In this document: positions 15,753-20,270 of the stretch, piece after piece
Numbering within the stretch: the stretch's first letter is position 1
Layout: every line of letters begins with the position of its first letter
Notes under the pieces: generated by a model
What the model was told of the DNA's origin: nothing
What the model saw: only the letters and a program-made list of their open reading frames with translations
Databases searched by the model: none
IMG/VR virus record: IMGVR_UViG_3300012931_000892
DNA length: 20,270 nt
Direction: 5' to 3' (one strand)
Source of the DNA: a virus
Translations under genes and position numbers: made by a program

Positions 15753-15983
15753 TCACGCCCCCATGAGCTTGGCTGTCGTCGACGCCAGTAGCGTGAGCGG
15801 AGTCAGCACAATCCCGTTCTTCATCTGTCCGTTGGTAACCAGGTCGTAGATAGGCAGCACGAAAGCCCCGGCAATACCCATGTGGAACAGAGTGGATGAC
15901 CACGGGACACTAAGCCACAGTTTGCCCAGCCACATGGCTGCCAATGCCAGCACGGCCACGACCACAGAAATCATTTCTCGCAT
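15753..15983 (-). CDS. two-TM small membrane protein (76 aa)
   Basis: ATG at 15981-15983 with AGGAAG upstream. Hydrophobic segments VVVAVLALAAMWL and IAGAFVLPIY. Confidence 0.45.
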   Translation of the reverse strand: MREMISVVVAVLALAAMWLGKLWLSVPWSSTLFHMGIAGAFVLPIYDLVTNGQMKNGIVLTPLTLLASTTAKLMGA

Positions 15984-16086
15984 CGAATCTTCCTAGTTCC
16001 GATCCTTGGGTGGCACGGTATCGCGCAGTGCGACCTCACGCCAGGACACGGCGCGCACCTTGCCCATAGCCATGGCCTCGAGGAAT

Positions 16087-16503
16087 TTACGATATTCCTC
16101 CTGGCGCACTAAGGAAACTCATCACCTCAAGGGTGACCGCCCGCTGCGCTGGTGTCATAACAACGCAGTGGTAACCACCATGGATCTTGTGATACTCACG
16201 CCCATTGGAGAACCTGCGAACTGGTGAGCCCTCCAGCTCGGCCATGAAGTGCTCGAAGTCCTGCGCCGGAAAGCAGAGTTTGAACTCGCCCAGCGGTATG
16301 TCCACCCACTTGCGATTAGCCAGGATAATCCCCGGCAGATCAGCGCCACCCTCTTTGGACTCCTCCACTAACATGACGGTTCCGCCGCGACCCTCGATGT
16401 CCGCGATCAGGTCGGCAACTAGTTCTTCGGGGCAGAAGTGGGCTTTGAACCCATCAAACATGACGCATGCCCAGGAGCCCGGTTCCAACTTTTCGATTTT
16501 CAT
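16087..16503 (-). CDS. hypothetical protein (138 aa)
   Basis: ORF whose start overlaps the upstream stop (ATGA at 16500-16503). Confidence 0.4.
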   Translation of the reverse strand: MKIEKLEPGSWACVMFDGFKAHFCPEELVADLIADIEGRGGTVMLVEESKEGGADLPGIILANRKWVDIPLGEFKLCFPAQDFEHFMAELEGSPVRRFSNGREYHKIHGGYHCVVMTPAQRAVTLEVMSFLSAPGGIS

Positions 16504-16865
16504 ACGTTTTCCTCCCTCATGATGTCTAGCTTGCTCTCACACCACGTCTCGTATTCCGCCTCGTCCGCGTTGGTTTGTGCCTCAAGGACGCACGTGATTA
16601 GTTCTTCCGTGTTGATGTCCCAGTCGACATGTTGGCCTACCATAACGAAATCGCCGCCATCCTCGATATCGAGCACGAGGATATCCTCAACTTCGCCGAA
16701 TGCCGACTCAGATGGATAGCAGTCCTCAGGATCGCCGTAGGTTCGACCTGGATTCCCCGGATAGCACCTAAACGTCACCTCAACCAAGTACAACCCTTCG
16801 CCGTGTTCCACGCTCGTGGTTATCTTCCGGGTGAATAGTCTCGTGCGTTTCCTCAAGCGCATCAT
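16500..16865 (-). CDS. hypothetical acidic protein (121 aa)
   Basis: ATGATG at 16865 with GAGG upstream. Confidence 0.4.
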   Translation of the reverse strand: MMRLRKRTRLFTRKITTSVEHGEGLYLVEVTFRCYPGNPGRTYGDPEDCYPSESAFGEVEDILVLDIEDGGDFVMVGQHVDWDINTEELITCVLEAQTNADEAEYETWCESKLDIMREENV

Positions 16866-16871
16866 ATCCTC

Positions 16872-17087
16872 TTAGCCAGACTTCTTGTTCCGGATACCCT
16901 TGAACCTCTCATGGATCTTCTTAACTACCTCGGCCCCCTCCGCGAGTTCGTTGGCGCCGACCTCGTCGTTGGAATTTCGCGCCGTCTCCTCCGCCAGCTT
17001 TAGACGCCGATGCGCGCTGTTAATGTGTTCGATGATCTCGTCCAGGTGCCACTCGCCCCAGGTTTTAGGTTTCCCGTTCGTGAACAT
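16872..17087 (-). CDS. hypothetical small helical protein (71 aa)
   Basis: ATG at 17085-17087. Confidence 0.35.
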   Translation of the reverse strand: MFTNGKPKTWGEWHLDEIIEHINSAHRRLKLAEETARNSNDEVGANELAEGAEVVKKIHERFKGIRNKKSG

Positions 17088-17125
17088 GACCTTGTTTGCC
17101 TTTCTGCCCCTATCGGAGCTCTACA

Positions 17126-17536
17126 TTACGACATCCGGCTAATCCGCTCTTGCATCGCCACGATGATCTTTGCGTACTCTGGTCGGACGTTTATTACGGT
17201 CAAAATGACTTCGCCAGCCGCACAGGCCTTCCTGACATGCTCGGCCGGATCCTTCTCGAAGAACCGACAGAACTTCAGCATCGTGCCGTACGCTGTTCCA
17301 GCCAAACGTAATCTGGCGAACTCGCCGTCACCTATGGTACCCGTCCCCTCCATCGAGGCAAGAGCTACAGCCATTGCCTCTTCAGTCTCAGTAGCGACCG
17401 CACGCAGATGGGATAGGAACAGAGATATTGCGACCTGCGGATCGCCCGACCGCACAGCCCCTAGGAGCCTACGGACCACATCCAGATGTTGTTCCATGGT
17501 TTCTGTCTTGTTTATTGTATCAGTTACCGGGATCAA
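17126..17536 (-). CDS. hypothetical protein (136 aa), TTG start
   Basis: TTG at 17534-17536 is preceded by GGAGGT at spacing 6. It overlaps the stop of the upstream gene. Confidence 0.4.
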   Translation of the reverse strand: MIPVTDTINKTETMEQHLDVVRRLLGAVRSGDPQVAISLFLSHLRAVATETEEAMAVALASMEGTGTIGDGEFARLRLAGTAYGTMLKFCRFFEKDPAEHVRKACAAGEVILTVINVRPEYAKIIVAMQERISRMS

Positions 17537-17912
17537 AAGTTACCTCCAGATCGAAGTCCGCGTCGCCATTCAGCTCCATAGGTTGCGACAGCATCCATAT
17601 CAGGTTTTCCATGGCGTAAATTGGGGGCTCCGCCACAAGTTCTACAACCATGTCCCGGTTCCGCCACTCCGCCTTCAGGAACGCAAAACCGTTATCCGAA
17701 TAGGTTGCAAACCAGTCGGTGACGGCCTCACGAGCCAGAAGCACTAGAGTCACGCCCTCCATCGGAAGCAGTTTGAGGATTGGGACGTATCCGCTGAGGA
17801 AATCTCCCGCCTCGACGCTTGCCAAAATGCCGGGTGCTGGATTGCTGCGGACTGGACCGCAGATTCCGTCGACCGCAAAATCGAGTAGACCGACCATGGG
17901 ATTTCTTGGCAT
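17520..17912 (-). CDS. hypothetical protein (130 aa)
   Basis: Start set to the internal ATG at 17910-17912 (AGGAAAG upstream). The supplied ORF's first codon is TTG without an RBS. Confidence 0.4.
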   Translation of the reverse strand: MPRNPMVGLLDFAVDGICGPVRSNPAPGILASVEAGDFLSGYVPILKLLPMEGVTLVLLAREAVTDWFATYSDNGFAFLKAEWRNRDMVVELVAEPPIYAMENLIWMLSQPMELNGDADFDLEVTFDPGN

Positions 17913-18030
17913 GTTCTTTCCTGTTTTTCCACAAAAACCAGTTCGGAGATTCTGTGCGGTTCCGGAATGCGCTCCCAAGCCTCGATCTCGATGTACGCAC
18001 GCAGACTCCAAGTCGGCACATGGAAAAGTG

Positions 18031-18198
18031 CTAGAACCTCACCGCTGTCGACTGTAGCCAGTCAGACATCCGTGCCATCCCCGCAGTACAAGTCGAGATC
18101 GTAATGGACACCAGGGTTGACGTCATCTTCGGATAGAGACCGGGCTCGACATAGCAGGAGGCCGCCATCAGGGCGGCGATCAGGGCGATGATCCTCAT
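18031..18198 (-). CDS. small lipoprotein (55 aa)
   Basis: ATG at 18196-18198 with AAGGAGG upstream. MRIIALIAALMAASC has a signal peptide with lipobox L-M-A-A-S-C. Confidence 0.45.
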   Translation of the reverse strand: MRIIALIAALMAASCYVEPGLYPKMTSTLVSITISTCTAGMARMSDWLQSTAVRF

Positions 18199-18452
18199 CT
18201 CTGTCCTCCTTGGCATTCCTTCTCGGGTTTCGGGTACAAGAGAGGCTCCACCTTCTCGCAGGGCACCGCCGCAATGGCCGGGCCGCCGTGTAGGCCGCCC
18301 TGCCACACGTAGGCGAAGCAGAGGCCGGACTGCTGGTGCTTGATGAACACTATCCCCTTCGCAGCCTCGGCGGCGTCCTCCCTCATGCTCGAGCTGTTGT
18401 CAACCACGCAGGAGCACAAGAGGGTTGCGCACAGCGCGAACAGGATCCTCAT
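18195..18452 (-). CDS. small lipoprotein (85 aa), apparent paralogue of the downstream gene
   Basis: ATG at 18450-18452 with GGAGGA upstream. MRILFALCATLLCSC has lipobox L-L-C-S-C. Its stop overlaps the next start (ATGA). Confidence 0.45.
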   Translation of the reverse strand: MRILFALCATLLCSCVVDNSSSMREDAAEAAKGIVFIKHQQSGLCFAYVWQGGLHGGPAIAAVPCEKVEPLLYPKPEKECQGGQR

Positions 18453-18589
18453 TTTCCATCCTCCAGGGCCTTGGCCTTCAGCAGCATCTCCTCACCCGAC
18501 TCCATGAGATCCTCGCCCTTGGCCTCGAGGGCCTTCCGGATCTGGTTCGGGGCCTCCCAGAGCGGCAGGTGGGTCATCATCGTCTCCAT
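18449..18589 (-). CDS. small Glu/Lys-rich helical protein (46 aa), possibly the C-terminal part of a frameshifted gene
   Basis: METMMTHLPLWEAPNQIRKALEAKGEDLMESGEEMLLKAKALEDGK* has protein-like composition. Its stop overlaps the next start. Confidence 0.25.
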   Translation of the reverse strand: METMMTHLPLWEAPNQIRKALEAKGEDLMESGEEMLLKAKALEDGK

Positions 18590-18776
18590 GTAGATCTCGC
18601 ATTTGCCGGGTGTCGCACACCAGCGAGATCCGGAGCTTGGCCGGTATGCCGTGGTAAAGGGCATGGTCGTCCATGGAGTCCAGGACCTTTCCGAGGCGGT
18701 TGTCGGCCCTCTGGTGCTCGGAATCTGCGTTCAGCCTGCCGCAGGCCATGTTGCGGAGCAAATTGTCGCTGTTCAT
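18492..18776 (-). CDS. hypothetical protein (MNSDNLL..., 95 aa). Its 3' third overlaps the previous feature in another frame and translates as low-complexity sequence
   Basis: ATG at 18774-18776 overlaps the GIY-YIG stop (ATGA). The first 60 aa or so look protein-like. The remainder (..HGDDDDPPAALGGPEPDPEGPRGQG..) looks like out-of-frame GC-rich translation. Confidence 0.25.
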   Translation of the reverse strand: MNSDNLLRNMACGRLNADSEHQRADNRLGKVLDSMDDHALYHGIPAKLRISLVCDTRQMRDLHGDDDDPPAALGGPEPDPEGPRGQGRGSHGVG

Positions 18777-19036
18777 GTCTTCTCCTGCCCGAGCCCGGCC
18801 AGGCGGCGCTTGGCCGCCGAACCGAGCCGCTTGATCTCCCGCTCGCGTCTCAGCGCCGCGCCCTTCGATCCGGCGAACTCGGACCACACCAGCCGCAGCG
18901 GCCGGTGCGCACGCGCCCATTTGGCACCCCTCTTTGAGGTGTTGTGCTCGTGGATTCGCCTGCTAGGATTCGTGGAGATGCCGCAATACAGCTGTCCATC
19001 GCGCCCGAGAGCTAAATATACCCACCATTCGCTCAT
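18773..19036 (-). CDS. GIY-YIG nuclease superfamily protein (YhbQ/UPF0213-like)
   Basis: 'WWVYLALGRDGQLYCGISTNPSRRIHEHN..KRGAKWARAHRPLRLVWSEFAGSKGAALRREREIKRL' follows the YhbQ pattern (GIY..YxG, R, E, ..N). Confidence 0.55.
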   Translation of the reverse strand: MSEWWVYLALGRDGQLYCGISTNPSRRIHEHNTSKRGAKWARAHRPLRLVWSEFAGSKGAALRREREIKRLGSAAKRRLAGLGQEKT

Positions 19037-19443
19037 ATTTGGCGCCTTGCCTCAGATTCGATCCTGTACTGACCGCCGTCCGAACCCTCCACCCGTTGTG
19101 TATAGTCTATGATCCATGTTATTACTTCGCAGATCTCGGCCACAGCAAGTATCCAGAGGGGCCGGTGTATGAAACCAAGCGCAAACCACAGAATCAGGAG
19201 AATAATCCCCTTCGCCAATGGGGTAGCGCTAACAATCCTATCGTCGACTCTATAACCAACATACTCTATATATCCAGACACTAGAGTCTCACCCTCCATG
19301 TGTGGCCACGGCCTGAATGCTGTGACCCTTCCACCTTGGATCCAGACGGCCACACAATGCGACAGCTCGTGGAGCACGGTGGAGCCGCATATGTAGAAGA
19401 CGATTACTACAGTCAGTTCCGCCAGGAACCAGCCCATGGTCAT
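19033..19443 (-). CDS. integral membrane protein with HExxH (HELSH) in a TM helix; putative membrane zinc metalloprotease (DUF3267-like)
   Basis: Start at ATG 19441-19443 overlaps the upstream stop (ATGA). 'FYICGSTVLHELSHCVAVWI' is followed by further TM helices. Confidence 0.4.
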   Translation of the reverse strand: MTMGWFLAELTVVIVFYICGSTVLHELSHCVAVWIQGGRVTAFRPWPHMEGETLVSGYIEYVGYRVDDRIVSATPLAKGIILLILWFALGFIHRPLWILAVAEICEVITWIIDYTQRVEGSDGGQYRIESEARRQI

Positions 19444-19712
19444 CTCGTCCTGATAGTTGCCCCCTTGAAGGGCCACCCGACACAGACCAAGAGCGTCACT
19501 CTTTGACCATGGGTATTCTTGCCGGTCACAGTGACCCCGGCGTCGTCTCTTTTGCTACAGCCCCGCCACTCCAGGAATGCCACCGCCCGGCTCTCGATTT
19601 TGACCTCTGTGAAACCGAGATTGGTGGCGGCACGGATCGCCTGATCCTCGTCCGCCAGGAAACCGCAGCCAGCCATGGCCATCAGCATGATTACTGCCAT
19701 GATTCGTTTCAT
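19440..19712 (-). CDS. lipoprotein (90 aa)
   Basis: MKRIMAVIMLMAMAGCGF has a signal peptide with lipobox A-M-A-G-C. Its start is adjacent to the stop of the radical SAM gene. Confidence 0.45.
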   Translation of the reverse strand: MKRIMAVIMLMAMAGCGFLADEDQAIRAATNLGFTEVKIESRAVAFLEWRGCSKRDDAGVTVTGKNTHGQRVTLLVCVGWPFKGATIRTR

Positions 19713-20270
19713 TCAGCTCTCCTTGTTCTCGTATTCCCTGAGCGCGTCGTACGCGCGTCCGATTGCCGCTGGATCATCGACCATGCCAGTGGCACCTCCA
19801 CCGGGAACGTCAGAATACACACGCCCGTCGGGCGACACTCGCAGATCACCGCATTCGGCCTCCTTAGCAGAGACCTCGATCCCGCTCTGTTCGCACTCCC
19901 ACAGGAGTTTTTTCCAGTTGCGTCGCGCACGCCCGCGCCTGATCAACGTGCGGTGACCGGTGGACGGATCGCCCCACCAGAGCATGTTCCGATCAGCGTC
20001 CCGCGCAACCCATGGTTTGATCATCGACGAATCGTGCCAGAGGTCGTTGGAGACATAAATGGCGATCTTATCACGCGCCCGTGCCTCCATTAATGTGCCC
20101 CAGAGCCTCTCCGAGCATGTACCGTTCGTAACCATGAAAATCGGCCCGCTGGACAGAAACGAAGCGATCCCGAGCATCGCCAGGAGGTCGGGATGAAGAG
20201 TCGGCTCACCTCCACCGATGGTAATCAGGGAATCATAGTCCGCCGAAACTGCCACTGCTTTCCTGAAGGT
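19713..20270 (-). CDS. radical SAM enzyme, QueE-like (7-carboxy-7-deazaguanine synthase family). The N-terminus lies beyond the window edge
   Basis: The frame stays open past 20270 (..TFRKAVAVSADYD..). 'SLITIGGGEPTLHPDLLAMLGIASFLSSGPIFMVTNGT' parallels E. coli QueE '[34 protein letters not shown]'. The CxxxCxxC cluster must lie upstream, outside the window. Confidence 0.45.
   Translation of the reverse strand, partial: TFRKAVAVSADYDSLITIGGGEPTLHPDLLAMLGIASFLSSGPIFMVTNGTCSERLWGTLMEARARDKIAIYVSNDLWHDSSMIKPWVARDADRNMLWWGDPSTGHRTLIRRGRARRNWKKLLWECEQSGIEVSAKEAECGDLRVSPDGRVYSDVPGGGATGMVDDPAAIGRAYDALREYENKES

Noticed and set aside
16006-16227. 73-aa plus-strand ORF, and an apparent in-frame continuation after the TAA at 16087
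   Set aside because: I re-translated the minus strand past 16087 and hit another stop after 16 codons. The region is more likely a roughly 100-nt intergenic spacer.
17010-17747. 245-aa plus-strand ORF
   Set aside because: It overlaps three minus-strand genes that have good RBS and coupling. Ser/Arg-rich shadow frame.
18425-19112. plus-strand ORFs 18425-18937 and 18603-19112
   Set aside because: They are antisense to the lipoprotein and GIY-YIG genes. Arg/Pro/Gly-rich low-complexity translations.
19503-20093. 196-aa plus-strand ORF
   Set aside because: It is antisense to the QueE-like radical SAM gene. It has no RBS and GC-shadow composition.
1-20270. CRISPR arrays, tRNA genes, rRNA genes
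   Set aside because: I see no regularly spaced direct repeats, no convincing tRNA-like T-arm motifs and no rRNA-like stretches. This rests on visual inspection only. tRNAscan or Infernal would be needed to exclude tRNAs and small RNAs properly.

Overview
The window is GC-rich and densely packed with genes, almost all on the minus strand. The gene content and layout look like a phage or prophage segment: short or overlapping gene junctions (many ATGA stop/start overlaps), strong Shine-Dalgarno sites, some TTG starts, and a single plus-strand HNH endonuclease interrupting the minus-strand array. Products I can recognise from sequence alone are: a full-length major vault protein (MVP) homologue of 856 aa, with vault repeats, an SPFH-like shoulder and a cap coiled-coil; a membrane-anchored SPFH/band-7 protein in the same minus-strand run, 1.1 kb downstream; a zinc-ribbon protein with a C-terminal DUF2384 (Xre/MbcA/ParS antitoxin-type) domain; a NadD-type NaMN/NMN adenylyltransferase; an Rnl2-family RNA ligase; a ParB-like nuclease-domain protein; a ClpP (S14) protease; a GHKL-ATPase protein carrying a C-terminal HExxH motif; a YhbQ-like GIY-YIG protein; a membrane HExxH protein; several small lipoproteins and membrane peptides; and a QueE-like radical SAM enzyme truncated at the right edge. 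A 118-aa ORF ends in a Gly/Cys/Ser-rich tail after a Gly-Gly motif, resembling a thiazole/oxazole-type RiPP precursor. The main candidate for an undescribed system is the phage-borne MVP + SPFH + Zn-ribbon/DUF2384 cluster (positions 1-4634). The GHKL-HExxH/ClpP pair and the RiPP-like ORF are secondary candidates. I found no rRNA, no tRNA and no CRISPR array. All calls rest on motif recognition by eye, without database searches.
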